DNA from: an alpha proteobacterium SCGC AAA240-E13
GTDB lineage: Bacteria > Pseudomonadota > Alphaproteobacteria > Pelagibacterales > Pelagibacteraceae
Reading direction: 5' to 3'
Length of the DNA stretch: 64,000 bases
Assembly (NCBI GenBank): GCA_000504625.1
Contig: AZHR01000004.1
Location: 15,863-79,862, forward strand
Shown: in pieces, positions 10,371 to 20,660 of the stretch
Numbering within the stretch: the stretch's first letter is position 1
How the letters are laid out: each line of letters opens with the position of its first letter
The notes under the pieces: generated by a model
The model's database searches: none
What the model saw: only the letters and a program-made list of their open reading frames with translations
What the model was told of the DNA's origin: nothing
Program-made: the position numbers and the translations under genes

Positions 10371-11298
10371 ATTTTGCTTTTTGAAGAACAGATTGACTAG
10401 CTTCTGGGTACTGTTTACTAACTCCAGTGATCATTGAACAGCCCTGATCTTTTTCTCCAATTTGGACCAAAGATACACCAAGCTTTAATAAATTGACAGG
10501 ACCTTTGGTACTTTTTGGATATTTTTGATATCCTTCTAAATATGCTTCTGCCGCATCCTGGTAGAGTTGCCTAATTCTAAATGTTTCTGCATACCAGTAT
10601 TGTGCATTACCGGCAAGTTCATCATTCTCATTTGTCATAACAAATTCTCTTAATGCTATTTCAGCAGTTTCGTAGTCACCAACTTTAACAAAGCTAAGTG
10701 CAAAATCATATTGTTCTTTTGGTGTTCCTTCAGGTAAGATTTTTTCCTCGCTCATATACTTTTCAGTAACAACTGTATCAGTTGTTTCTATAGATTGAGT
10801 CTTCTGAACTATTTTAGTATTTTCTAAATCTTCATCACTAATTCTACCAAGATTTTGGGCTTCGGACGAACCAGGTAATTTTTTTTCTAATTGACTACTT
10901 AAATCATTAACTTGGGATTGACCTGAAAACTTAATATTTTCTAAATCTTGAAATCGTAATTGATTATCAGCTTGATTTTTTGAAATTCTACTTGAAAGTT
11001 TGTCAATTTTAAAATTTGTTTCCTCAAATTTATTTGTAAGTTCTTGAAACTGTTGTTCAATATCAGAAAGCTTCAGTAAATGCCGTGTGAGTGTATCTTC
11101 AGAAAAATTTGCATCACCAGTTTTTATAGTAGATAAAGAATCTCCTGAATAAACTGCTTTTTCTAAAGTTTTTAAATCTTTTTGAATGACTTGTAAAATA
11201 TTGTAAATCTCATTTTCCTCACCAAATGATTTAGTTTGAATATTTAAAATAAAGATAATTATAATTAAATTTTTAGAGTATTTTATTAGTCTATTCAT
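10330..11298 (-). CDS. cpoB: Tol-Pal system protein CpoB/YbgF
   Basis: Signal peptide, a central coiled coil and C-terminal TPR-like repeats (AQYWYAETF..., LLKLGVSLVQIG). It sits directly downstream of pal. Confidence 0.75.
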   Translation of the reverse strand: MNRLIKYSKNLIIIIFILNIQTKSFGEENEIYNILQVIQKDLKTLEKAVYSGDSLSTIKTGDANFSEDTLTRHLLKLSDIEQQFQELTNKFEETNFKIDKLSSRISKNQADNQLRFQDLENIKFSGQSQVNDLSSQLEKKLPGSSEAQNLGRISDEDLENTKIVQKTQSIETTDTVVTEKYMSEEKILPEGTPKEQYDFALSFVKVGDYETAEIALREFVMTNENDELAGNAQYWYAETFRIRQLYQDAAEAYLEGYQKYPKSTKGPVNLLKLGVSLVQIGEKDQGCSMITGVSKQYPEASQSVLQKAKYEEKKFDCPTKKS

Positions 11299-11325
11299 TT
11301 TTTAATTACTAATTAAAATAATGGC

Positions 11326-11362
11326 AAAAAAAAGACCCCGGATCATCATTCCAGGGTCTTTA
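11326..11362 (-). terminator. intrinsic terminator downstream of pal
   Basis: The minus-strand RNA forms hairpin AGACCCUGG-loop-CCGGGGUCU followed by U8. The forward sequence is A8-GACCCCGG...CCAGGGTC. It is one of the few GC-rich hairpins in the window. Confidence 0.65.
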
Positions 11363-11383
11363 AAAAATCTATTGAAATTTTTT

Positions 11384-11872
11384 TTAATTAGATTTAACCG
11401 TTACTGATCTTCTATTTTGAGACCAAGCTAGAGGAGTGGAGCCAGAATTTACTGGTCTTTCTTTCCCATAACTTATCACTGAAATTCTATTTCCTGATAT
11501 TCCATAAGTCATAAGATAATCTTTTGCAGCATTAGCTCTTCTCTCTCCCAAAGCTAAGTTGTACTCCCTAGTGCCTCTTTCATCAGCATGACCTTCTGCA
11601 GTCACATTAATACTTTTATTCTTTCTTAACCACGCAGCTTGTTTCCTTAATGTATCTCTCGCTTTTGTAGTCAAAATCGATTTATTCGTTGCAAAGAAAA
11701 CTCTATCCGGAACACCAGTAGCTAAATATTTTACAGTTTCTTCACCTGTAAAAACGTCACCAGATATTTGTGTTTCTATTTTTTTTGTTGTTGTTTTTGT
11801 AGCGCAAGCTGACATTAATAGCGTCGCTATTACTACTAAAAATAAATTTCTCAATAAATTTTTTAAAACCAT
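11384..11872 (-). CDS. pal: peptidoglycan-associated lipoprotein Pal
   Basis: Lipobox LMSAC and a C-terminal OmpA-like domain (NLALGERRANAAKDYL). Tol-Pal synteny. Confidence 0.9.
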   Translation of the reverse strand: MVLKNLLRNLFLVVIATLLMSACATKTTTKKIETQISGDVFTGEETVKYLATGVPDRVFFATNKSILTTKARDTLRKQAAWLRKNKSINVTAEGHADERGTREYNLALGERRANAAKDYLMTYGISGNRISVISYGKERPVNSGSTPLAWSQNRRSVTVKSN

Positions 11873-11950
11873 ATGTGGACTCCCTTAAATTATTTCAAAC
11901 ATTAATATTTCTAGATACACGATGCAAGCGAAATTTCAATAAAATAATGG

Positions 11951-13285
11951 CTACTTTGTTAACAAAGATGACCAGGATGGGTCTGAAGCATCGGTCAGGG
12001 TTTCAACCAACCTCTCATTATAACCTGTTAGGTCAATTGACCATAATTTAGCTGAAAACCCTTCACCCTGAGTTCCTGATTTGGTTTCCCTGTAAAAAAT
12101 TAAAACTCTTCCATTAGGAGACCAGGAAGGAGCTTCCTGATAGAAATTTTCAGTGAGCAATCTTTCTCCAGTTCCATCTATTCTCATAACTCCAATATAA
12201 AATTTACCATTGTGCATTTTTGTAAATGCTATTAAATCTCCTCTTGGAGACCAAACTGGTGTACCATATATTCCTCTTCCAAATGTAATTCTTTTAACAC
12301 TAGAACCATCTTTTCTCATTGTGTATATTTGTTGAAGTCCACTCCTGTCAGAGTTAAAACAAATATATTTTCCATCGGGAGAATAAGAAGGAGAAGTATC
12401 TATTGCAGGATGTTCAGTAATTTTTTCAACTTCTCTTGTTTCTAAGTTCATAGTAAATATATCAGAATTACCATCTTTAGCAAAACTCATAATTATTTTT
12501 TTTCCATCGGGGGAAAATCTTGGCGCAAATGTCATACCTGGAAAATCACCAACTACTTCTTGAACACCCGTTTCAATATCTAATAAATAAACTCTTGGTA
12601 AATTTCTAAAAAAAGACATATAGGTCACCAATTGATTTGTTGGGTTAAATCTTGGAGTTAAGACAAGTTCATTTCCCAAAGTTAAATATTTGGTATTAGC
12701 TCCATCTTGATCCATGATTGCTAATTTTTTTATTCTTTGATTTTTTGGGCCTTTCTCAGATACATAAATTATTCTTGTATCAAAATATCCTTTTTCTCCA
12801 GTAAGTCTTTCGTAAACCTTATCTGTAATTATATGTGCTACTCTCCGCCAGTTATTTGGTACTGTAGTGAATGCTAAAGCAATTATTTCTTTAGCTGCTA
12901 ATATATCCCATAATCTAAATTCCACTCTTAATTTATCTTTTGTAATATTAATCTTTCCTGTAATCAAAGCTTGAGCTTTAATAAGCTGCCAATCTTCAAA
13001 ACGTGGCTTAACGTGAACTATAGCTGGTTTTTGAACGAAAGAATCTTTTTCTAATGGATAAAATAAACCTGATCTTAAAAGATTGTTTTCAACGACTTTA
13101 GATATTTCAGAACCAACCTCTATTTCATTTAATATTTCTGACGATTGTGACTCGATATAAAGGGGTGAAACTGCTATTGGCAATGGATCTAAATTTCCTC
13201 TGGTTATATCAATTTCGATTAAAGCAAAAGAATTTTGATTAAAAAAAATAGAAATTAATAAAATTAAAAATAATTTATTTTTCAT
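11951..13285 (-). CDS. tolB: Tol-Pal system beta-propeller protein TolB
   Basis: Signal peptide and repeated propeller motifs [24 protein letters not shown] and WSPNGRVL. Confidence 0.93.
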   Translation of the reverse strand: MKNKLFLILLISIFFNQNSFALIEIDITRGNLDPLPIAVSPLYIESQSSEILNEIEVGSEISKVVENNLLRSGLFYPLEKDSFVQKPAIVHVKPRFEDWQLIKAQALITGKINITKDKLRVEFRLWDILAAKEIIALAFTTVPNNWRRVAHIITDKVYERLTGEKGYFDTRIIYVSEKGPKNQRIKKLAIMDQDGANTKYLTLGNELVLTPRFNPTNQLVTYMSFFRNLPRVYLLDIETGVQEVVGDFPGMTFAPRFSPDGKKIIMSFAKDGNSDIFTMNLETREVEKITEHPAIDTSPSYSPDGKYICFNSDRSGLQQIYTMRKDGSSVKRITFGRGIYGTPVWSPRGDLIAFTKMHNGKFYIGVMRIDGTGERLLTENFYQEAPSWSPNGRVLIFYRETKSGTQGEGFSAKLWSIDLTGYNERLVETLTDASDPSWSSLLTK

Positions 13286-14094
13286 CCTTTTAGCATCTCG
13301 TTAGCGTCAAAATTGAGTTGTAATTCTTTCCATCTTTCGTAACCTGTTGTGGGAACTCTAAGTGGCTGGCATAATCTGACAGCTCTTAAGGCACTTTCAG
13401 CTAACACTTTGTAAAAACCCTGCCCAGGTATATTCATTCTAACATGATCTAAAATTTCTGATTTAATAACTGTACCATCTTTTTTTAATTTTAGTTTAAT
13501 TCTTACCAATAAATTTTCATTGTATGGTAATCCTAAAGGAATGCTCCAACAACCAAATATCTGGGCTTTTAATGCATCCTCTTCACTGAGAGATAAATTA
13601 GATGTTATAGAGTTTTCTTCTTGGCTTTGAGTAATTTTATTGCTTTTACGTGTAGTTTCTGCTTTTTCAACTTTAGATTTGTCAATCAGTGCTGCTATTT
13701 GATCGGGATCAAAAAGTTCCTTCTTTTCAAATTCTGAAACCTGTTTTATTTCAGTATCAATTTTTTCTGGGTTTTGTTTTTTAGTTTTAATTTTCTTTTG
13801 TTTTTTAACATCTTCGGGAAGCGGAACTGCTTCAGGCTTTTCCTTTTTAACCATTTTTGGAGGAGCTTGTTCTGAAACTATTCTGTCTTTTTGCTTTTTT
13901 TTTTTAATTTTATCCAAAATTTTTTTTGCTTTAGGAGCATAAGGTATATTCGTTATATCTGAAATTTGTATTAGTTCTACTGATATAATTGGAGGCAAAT
14001 CTACAGGTTTCCTTAACATATGTGGCAAGCTAATAGCTGTCAAAATAATGATTATAGAGTGAAATAACAGTGATAAAAAAATACTTTTGGTCAT
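13282..14094 (-). CDS. tolA: TolA-like cell envelope integrity protein
   Basis: N-terminal TM anchor, a Lys/Glu/Pro-rich linker and a C-terminal globular domain. It lies between tolR and tolB. Confidence 0.65.
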   Translation of the reverse strand: MTKSIFLSLLFHSIIIILTAISLPHMLRKPVDLPPIISVELIQISDITNIPYAPKAKKILDKIKKKKQKDRIVSEQAPPKMVKKEKPEAVPLPEDVKKQKKIKTKKQNPEKIDTEIKQVSEFEKKELFDPDQIAALIDKSKVEKAETTRKSNKITQSQEENSITSNLSLSEEDALKAQIFGCWSIPLGLPYNENLLVRIKLKLKKDGTVIKSEILDHVRMNIPGQGFYKVLAESALRAVRLCQPLRVPTTGYERWKELQLNFDANEMLKG

Positions 14095-14109
14095 TCATCA
14101 ATAAATAAT

Positions 14110-14526
14110 TTACCTTTGTTTATAAGGTTCAGATATTAAAGCTACTTTAGTAAAACCTGAGCCAGATAGCATACCCATAATCTCCAAAACTCTTCCATAA
14201 TTTATTGTTTTATCTCCTCTAACATAAATTCTGGTATCAGTTCTATTTTTTGCAATAGCTAAAATTTTAGCTACTACTTTATCGTACTCAACTTGATGTT
14301 CTTGAATAAAAATTTCACCCTTCGAGTTAATTGACAATGTTAAAGGCTCCTGATCTTCAGGTAAGGAATCTGCTGAACTTTCGGGTAAATCTACTGGGAC
14401 ACCAACTGTTAGTAATGGTGCCGTCACCATAAATATAATTAATAATACCAACATCACATCAACAAAGGGCGTAACGTTTATTTCACTCATAGGTGCTGTG
14501 TGTGAACGATTATATTTAAATGCCAT
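14110..14526 (-). CDS. tolR: TolR (ExbD/TolR family)
   Basis: Motif INVTPFVDVMLVLLIIFM in a single TM segment, length 138 aa, Tol-Pal synteny. Confidence 0.85.
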   Translation of the reverse strand: MAFKYNRSHTAPMSEINVTPFVDVMLVLLIIFMVTAPLLTVGVPVDLPESSADSLPEDQEPLTLSINSKGEIFIQEHQVEYDKVVAKILAIAKNRTDTRIYVRGDKTINYGRVLEIMGMLSGSGFTKVALISEPYKQR

Positions 14527-14532
14527 ATCTTA

Positions 14533-15213
14533 TTAGATAATTGATAAAAATCTTTTTGTAAAATTTTCTATTCTTCGTCCGTATATTCTAGACTCATTAT
14601 TAAATTTATTATACGCCATCACAGCAGGTATTGCTGCAAGCAAACCCAATGCTGTTGCAAATAGTGCTTCGGCGATTCCCGGTGCAACTATAGCTAAACT
14701 TGTATTTCTAGATATCGCTATTGATTGAAAAGAGTTCATGATGCCCCAAACTGTTCCGAATAATCCAATAAATGGCGCTGTAGCACCTACTGTTGCTAAA
14801 AAAGAAAAATTTTTTTCAATAGATTGAATTTCTTGATCTGCTGAAATTTCTAAAACTCTCGTAACTCTTGCAGTTTGGATATCACTATTTTTAGATTTTG
14901 ATTTGATTAATTCAACCATAGCAGACCGAAATATATTTGCTATAGGATCTTTAGTTTTACTTGGAAGACTTTTATAAAAACTTTCTGCAGATTTTGAACT
15001 CCAAAATTTATCTTCAAAAATTGTAGAAGTTTTATGAATGCTTTTAAAAAGCCTATATTTATCAAATATTAATGCCCAAGAATAAATTGAAGCCAAAATT
15101 AAAATAATAATTACACTTTTTACGACAATGTCTGCCCTTAAAAAAAGATTTATTAATGAAAAATCTGTAGCGCTGGCTAGTCCAACCGCTTGTGTTGCTA
15201 TTTCTGCTTCCAT
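14533..15213 (-). CDS. tolQ: TolQ (MotA/TolQ/ExbB proton channel)
   Basis: Three TM segments and the motif GLFGTVWGIMNSF. Tol-Pal synteny. Confidence 0.9.
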   Translation of the reverse strand: MEAEIATQAVGLASATDFSLINLFLRADIVVKSVIIILILASIYSWALIFDKYRLFKSIHKTSTIFEDKFWSSKSAESFYKSLPSKTKDPIANIFRSAMVELIKSKSKNSDIQTARVTRVLEISADQEIQSIEKNFSFLATVGATAPFIGLFGTVWGIMNSFQSIAISRNTSLAIVAPGIAEALFATALGLLAAIPAVMAYNKFNNESRIYGRRIENFTKRFLSII

Positions 15214-15270
15214 TGAAATGAATTTGCACTAAAATGTGTCATGAATTTGTCAATATTTTTCTAATTATAT

Positions 15271-15753
15271 TCATGCATTCTGCGTTTCCTCAAAATATTT
15301 AGCAATTAATATTGAATCTGCTTTATTTGAGTCTTTTTTTCTTGATATTTGTGAGGAAATATATGGAAATATTTCAATAACTTTAGTGCGACTAGCATCT
15401 TTATTCGTTTTGATCAGGTTAAAATATTTTTTCCACTTTACAGGTCTCACAAAATAAATTGGCAATTTTAATGCCGCACATATTCCTTTCACTACACCAA
15501 ACGATTGACCAAAATTGAACATACTTGTTACACCTTGCCCTGGCATTGCTGTTACGTGTTCAACAACAACTTTTGCTTTATCTTCGTTATTTAAATCTTT
15601 TAGAAAAATATTAGTTACTTCCGCACCATTAACTTGTCTTTTATTTTTTTTTCCATCTATCATTGTTGGCATTTCGTAAACTTCCAAGATCTTTCCTTCT
15701 TTTAAAACGCAAATTGCTCCACTTACACCAGGATCTATTCCAATAATTATCAT
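15271..15753 (-). CDS. ruvC: divergent RuvC-like Holliday junction resolvase
   Basis: IIGIDPG N-terminus, VVVEHV (Glu), GQSFGVVKG, and a C-terminal KDSNKADSILIA aligning to the RuvC acidic tetrad. The conserved yebC-ruvC adjacency is present. The sequence is far from canonical RuvC. Confidence 0.65.
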   Translation of the reverse strand: MIIIGIDPGVSGAICVLKEGKILEVYEMPTMIDGKKNKRQVNGAEVTNIFLKDLNNEDKAKVVVEHVTAMPGQGVTSMFNFGQSFGVVKGICAALKLPIYFVRPVKWKKYFNLIKTNKDASRTKVIEIFPYISSQISRKKDSNKADSILIAKYFEETQNA

Positions 15754-15756
15754 CTG

Positions 15757-16485
15757 TTAATATAATTTTTTCTTTTTTAAATTTGTATAAACGTTTTGTA
15801 CATCATTATCTTCCTCTAGGGATTTTAATAAATTAATAGCAGATTTATATTGATTTTCTTTTAAATCTAATTGATTTAAAGGATGCCATTCAATTCCTGA
15901 ATGGATAATATTATCAACTTTTTTTTCAATTGCTGTTTTAACTTTATAAAATTGCTCTTTAGAACAAAATATTTCATGAAAGTTTTCATTAGAAATACAT
16001 TCTTCAGCCCCTACTTCGACTGCTAGTTCTAATATTGATTCATCCAAAATAGTTTTTTTCTCAATTCTAATAATTCCTAATTGTTTAAAATTGTGAGAAG
16101 CTACTCCTGTAGTGCCTAGACTACCTCCATGCTTTTGAAAAATTGTTCTGATATTGGAAGCTGTTCTATTTTTATTATCAGTTAAAGTCTCGACTATGAC
16201 ATATACTTTTCCTGGACCCATACCCTCATATCTTTGATGATCATAATTGATATTTTGGTTTGTCTCGGATTTACTTATGGCTCTTTTAACATTTTCTTTG
16301 GGTATGTTGGCTGATTTCGCTAATTGAATTGCAGATCTTAATCTGGGATTCATATCTGGATTTTTATCTCCTAACTTAGCAGCCACTATAATTTCTCTTG
16401 AAATCTTAGAAAAAATTTTTGATCTTTGTTTATCTGCTCTTCCCTTTTTATATTTAATACCAGCCCAATGTGAATGCCCAGCCAT
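15757..16485 (-). CDS. yebC: YebC/PmpR family DNA-binding regulator
   Basis: The N-terminus MAGHSHWAGIKYKKG is diagnostic. Length is 242 aa. Confidence 0.9.
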   Translation of the reverse strand: MAGHSHWAGIKYKKGRADKQRSKIFSKISREIIVAAKLGDKNPDMNPRLRSAIQLAKSANIPKENVKRAISKSETNQNINYDHQRYEGMGPGKVYVIVETLTDNKNRTASNIRTIFQKHGGSLGTTGVASHNFKQLGIIRIEKKTILDESILELAVEVGAEECISNENFHEIFCSKEQFYKVKTAIEKKVDNIIHSGIEWHPLNQLDLKENQYKSAINLLKSLEEDNDVQNVYTNLKKKKLY

Positions 16486-16486
16486 A

Positions 16487-17296
16487 TCAATTAACTTCCT
16501 TTAATACTCCTCCAAAAAGAAATTGTTTTGCTGATTTTGCTAAACCCGTATTGATATCTCCTTCGACAATTATTCCAGATAAAGTTGCTTCACCAACGGA
16601 GGGGTAGTGTTTTTTTGCTTCCTTATTTTTAAAAAATTTTTTCAGAGAATTTTCCTTATTCATTCCAATTACTGAATTATAATCTCCGCACATGCCAGTA
16701 TCAGTTTGATAAGCTGTACCATTTTCTAAAACTCTAACATCAGAGGTTGGTACATGTGTGTGCGTACCTACAACCAAAGTTGCTTTTCCATCTAAATAGT
16801 GACCCATTGCCATTTTTTCACTGGTTATTTCTCCATGATAATCCACAACAATAAAATCTGCGTCTTTTTTAAGTTTAAATTTATTAAATATTTTTTCTGT
16901 TGTTACAAAAACATCATCACATTTGTTCATAAATATATTTCCCATTATGTTTAATACTGCAATTTTTTTTCCTGATAAGGTGTTATAAATTTCAAAACCT
17001 TTTCCTGGTGAGTTTTCAATCATATTTTCAGGTCTCAATAGTCTTGTTTCTCTCGATATATGTTCTATTGTTTCTTTTTGATCCCAAACATGATTACCCG
17101 TAGTAATTACATCTACTCCAGCTTTAAATAAATTTTCAGTAATTTTTTCCGTAATACCCACTCCTGAATCTGCGGCGTTTTCACCATTTACAATTACAAA
17201 ATCTATTTTATTTTTTTTTTTAATTTGGGGCAAATAACATTTAACTGACTTACACCCAGATGGGCCAACTACATCACCTAAAAATAAAATTTTCAT
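16487..17296 (-). CDS. YmdB-like metallophosphoesterase (TIGR00282 type)
   Basis: Motifs ILFLGDVVG, NGENAA, TTGNHVWD and GTHTHVPT. Confidence 0.8.
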   Translation of the reverse strand: MKILFLGDVVGPSGCKSVKCYLPQIKKKNKIDFVIVNGENAADSGVGITEKITENLFKAGVDVITTGNHVWDQKETIEHISRETRLLRPENMIENSPGKGFEIYNTLSGKKIAVLNIMGNIFMNKCDDVFVTTEKIFNKFKLKKDADFIVVDYHGEITSEKMAMGHYLDGKATLVVGTHTHVPTSDVRVLENGTAYQTDTGMCGDYNSVIGMNKENSLKKFFKNKEAKKHYPSVGEATLSGIIVEGDINTGLAKSAKQFLFGGVLKEVN

Positions 17297-17861
17297 TGGT
17301 TTTCTTATAAATTAAATTTCTATTTGTTAAAATACAATCTAAATTATAATCATATTGATTTGTAGGAATAAAAGAACATTCTTGAAAAGAAAACGCGATA
17401 CCTATTGTTAAAATTTTTTTATTAATAGATAATTGCCTCAAAGCCCTATCATAATAACCTTTTCCATATCCTATGCGATTCAAATTTCGATCAAAAGTGG
17501 TAAGGGGTACTAAAATTATATCAGGCTTGAATGTAATATTTTGTTTTTTTGGTTCTAAGATTCCAAATCTGTTTACATATAGAGGTTCATTTGGTACCCA
17601 AGATTTGAAAACCATTTTATAGTCTTTTTTAATTAATGGTAAACCAATATTAAACTTCTTTTTATTTGCTTTATGCAAAAAATCTATAATATTAACCTCA
17701 AAATTAGAAGGATAATAACCAGCAATTGAAATTTTTTTAGATGGAAAATTTTTTTTTATTAAAAAAAATATTTTATCAAATGGAAAAAAAATTTTATTTG
17801 AATATAATTTTTCTCTTTTCTTAGTAAATTTTAATCTTAAAAGTAATTTATCAACATGCAT
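17274..17861 (-). CDS. 5-formyltetrahydrofolate cyclo-ligase
   Basis: Motif ILVPLTTFDRNLNRIGYGKGYYDR. Adjacent to zapA, as in many proteobacteria. Confidence 0.8.
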   Translation of the reverse strand: MHVDKLLLRLKFTKKREKLYSNKIFFPFDKIFFLIKKNFPSKKISIAGYYPSNFEVNIIDFLHKANKKKFNIGLPLIKKDYKMVFKSWVPNEPLYVNRFGILEPKKQNITFKPDIILVPLTTFDRNLNRIGYGKGYYDRALRQLSINKKILTIGIAFSFQECSFIPTNQYDYNLDCILTNRNLIYKKTNENFIFR

Positions 17862-18308
17862 TTATTGCAATATATTACTTTTTGAAGAACTTTGAATAAA
17901 TTCTTCAATAGATTCAGTTGCTGTATCTAACATTTTTTCATAAACATCTTTATTTTCATCAGCCATTTTTTTAAATTTATTTAGATCTTCTTTCAATTCA
18001 TTTATTTCATTATCTTTATCATTTTTATAATCTAACACCAATGATTTTAGTTCTTTAAACTTTTCTGATAAATTATTAAATTCTTTTTTTTTAGATTCAA
18101 TTTTTTTTAATAAATCATAATATTCATCGATAACTTTAATAGATGAAATTAACAAAAGTTTATTTTCACCTATATTTCCTAAGTTTAATTTTAATTCATC
18201 AAATTTTTTATTTAAATGACCAGCTAGTTTTTTTAAATTTTCTTCTTGACCATCGTCACAAGATAGGAGGTAATCTTTTCCATTAAAATGAATATTCACA
18301 TTTGCCAT
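17862..18308 (-). CDS. zapA: cell division protein ZapA-like
   Basis: The N-terminal VNIHFNGKDYLLSCDDGQEE pattern matches the ZapA fold, followed by a C-terminal coiled coil. Synteny with the cyclo-ligase gene supports the call. Confidence 0.65.
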   Translation of the reverse strand: MANVNIHFNGKDYLLSCDDGQEENLKKLAGHLNKKFDELKLNLGNIGENKLLLISSIKVIDEYYDLLKKIESKKKEFNNLSEKFKELKSLVLDYKNDKDNEINELKEDLNKFKKMADENKDVYEKMLDTATESIEEFIQSSSKSNILQ

Positions 18309-18619
18309 TTATCTATTTCTTCTATTAAACTGTCAGTTTCTTGATTTAATTCATCAACTTTTTGTGTAAATTTATTTTGATTTTCAAATTTTTTCATCTC
18401 TTCCAAGTTAATTTTCTCTAGTTTTTTTTTTAAATTCTGATGCTCTCTGTTTAAGTTAAGAAATTTTACTTGTAATTCTTCTTTTTCAATCTTGAATTGA
18501 TTTTTTTGATTCTCAATATTTGAAATATTTGCACTTAAGTCTGCAAAATTTAATTTCAAAGCCTTAAGTTTTGATAAAGTAAACTCTAATTTTTTTTCTT
18601 TTTCTTCCAAATTTTTCAT
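18296..18619 (-). CDS. coiled-coil protein of unknown function (ZapB/DUF4164-like position)
   Basis: Heptad-rich Lys/Glu/Leu sequence. It overlaps the zapA start by 13 nt. No catalytic motifs were seen. Confidence 0.45.
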   Translation of the reverse strand: MKNLEEKEKKLEFTLSKLKALKLNFADLSANISNIENQKNQFKIEKEELQVKFLNLNREHQNLKKKLEKINLEEMKKFENQNKFTQKVDELNQETDSLIEEIDKWQM

Positions 18620-18675
18620 TTATAAGTTCCATCATAATATTGATTTGAATTAAGCAAGTCTATATAGGTTTTAAA

Positions 18676-20658
18676 GTGAACAATCACTTAAAAGAATTAT
18701 CAAACGCAATAAGGTTTTTGTCTATAGATGCGGTAGAAAAAGCTAATTCAGGTCATCCAGGTCTACCAATGGGAATGGCTGATGTGGCAACAATATTATT
18801 TAAATACCACTTAAGGTTTAATCCAAAAAATCCAGACTGGATTAACAGGGATAGATTTATTCTTTCTGCAGGTCACGGTTCTATGCTTTTATATTCACTA
18901 CTTTACTTGACTGGATACAAAAGCATTTCACTAGAAGATATAAAAAATTTTAGACAATTAAATTCTATATGCGCTGGACACCCTGAGTACAAAAAAAATT
19001 CTGGAATAGAAACTACAACGGGCCCTCTGGGTCAAGGTTTGTCAAATGCAGTTGGCATGGCAATAGCAGAAGAAATTTTAAAAAAAAGATTTGGTTCCAA
19101 TCTAATTAACCATAAAACTTATGTCCTTACCAGTGATGGAGATATGATGGAAGGAATAAGTCATGAAGTAATGAGTTTAGCAGGACATTTAAAACTTAAA
19201 AATCTTATAGTTTTTTTTGATAATAATAAAATATCTATTGATGGCCCAACCAGCCTAGCGGTATCTGATAATTTTAAAAAAAGATTTGAAAGTTACGGCT
19301 GGTCTTTTCAAGAGGTAAATGGTCATAACGAAAAGCAAATTTCTAAGGCAATTAAAAAAAGTTTAAATTCCAAAAAACCAAATTTAATTTCCTGCAAAAC
19401 AATTATAGGATATGGTTCTCCAAATAAAGCTGGTAAAGCGTCGTCTCATGGCGCAGCACTAGGAGAAGATGAGGTAAAGCTAGTTAGAAAGAAATTAAAG
19501 TGGAAACATGAACCTTTTGAAATTCCAAAAGAAATTCTTGATGAGTGGAGAGCTATTGGTAAAAAGGGCGCTTTTTACGAAAAAAAATGGAATTACATCT
19601 TAGATAAAAAAAGCAGTAATATAAAAAAAGAATTTTTAAGAATAATAAACAGTAAGCTTCCTACTAACTTCGATAAATTTATAGAAGAAAAAAAGAAAAA
19701 ATTTTTTGATTTAAAAGCTAATGTTGCCTCAAGACAAAGTTCTGCAAGTGTTTTGGAAGCAATTACAAAAAATCAGCCAGAATTAATTGGTGGATCTGCA
19801 GATTTAAGTGGTTCAAATAATACAAAAACAAAGCAATCTTTAATACTAAAACCATCTAAGTTTGATGGAAATTACATTCACTATGGAGTTAGAGAACATG
19901 GTATGGCGGGAATTATGAATGGTATGGCTTTGCATGGAGGAATAATCCCTTACGGTGGTACTTTTTTAATTTTTTTAGATTACTGTAAACCATCTTTAAG
20001 ATTATCAGCATTAATGGGATTAAAGGTTATTTATGTGTTTTCTCATGACTCAATTGGACTAGGAGAAGACGGTCCAACACACCAACCCATTGAACATTTG
20101 GCCCATTTAAGAGCTGTTCCAAATTTAAATGTTTTTAGACCAGCCGACACAATTGAGACACTTGAATGTTGGGAAATTGCCTTAAAAAGTAGTACTAATC
20201 CCAGCGTGATAGCCTTATCAAGACAAAAGATTCCATTTGTCACTGAAACACTCAACAAAAAAAATATGAGTAGCTTGGGTGGATATGAACTTAAAAAAAC
20301 TAGCCCAAATCCTGAAATTACTTTAATCGCATCTGGTTCGGAAGTTCAAATTGCCATCGATTCATTAAATAAATTAAAAGAAGCTAACATTAATTCAAAA
20401 GTGGTTTCTATGCCATGCCAAGAACTATTTGATAAACAATCAAAAGATTATAGAGAAAAAGTTATTGAAGCAAATTCTAAAAAAATATCTATTGAAGCAA
20501 GCAGCATATTTGGATGGGAAAAATATGTTGGTTCTGAAGGAACTTCTTTGGGAATGAAATCTTTTGGAAAAAGTGCTCCGTATAAAGCAATTTATGAAGA
20601 TTTTAACTTAACTAGCGATAGTGTTGTTATGATTGCTAAAAAAATGTTGGGTAAATAA
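18676..20658 (+). CDS. tkt: transketolase
   Basis: GTG start. Motifs NSGHPG, GHGS, SDGDMMEG and GEDGPTHQP. Confidence 0.95.
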   Translation: MNNHLKELSNAIRFLSIDAVEKANSGHPGLPMGMADVATILFKYHLRFNPKNPDWINRDRFILSAGHGSMLLYSLLYLTGYKSISLEDIKNFRQLNSICAGHPEYKKNSGIETTTGPLGQGLSNAVGMAIAEEILKKRFGSNLINHKTYVLTSDGDMMEGISHEVMSLAGHLKLKNLIVFFDNNKISIDGPTSLAVSDNFKKRFESYGWSFQEVNGHNEKQISKAIKKSLNSKKPNLISCKTIIGYGSPNKAGKASSHGAALGEDEVKLVRKKLKWKHEPFEIPKEILDEWRAIGKKGAFYEKKWNYILDKKSSNIKKEFLRIINSKLPTNFDKFIEEKKKKFFDLKANVASRQSSASVLEAITKNQPELIGGSADLSGSNNTKTKQSLILKPSKFDGNYIHYGVREHGMAGIMNGMALHGGIIPYGGTFLIFLDYCKPSLRLSALMGLKVIYVFSHDSIGLGEDGPTHQPIEHLAHLRAVPNLNVFRPADTIETLECWEIALKSSTNPSVIALSRQKIPFVTETLNKKNMSSLGGYELKKTSPNPEITLIASGSEVQIAIDSLNKLKEANINSKVVSMPCQELFDKQSKDYREKVIEANSKKISIEASSIFGWEKYVGSEGTSLGMKSFGKSAPYKAIYEDFNLTSDSVVMIAKKMLGK

Positions 20659-20660
20659 TT

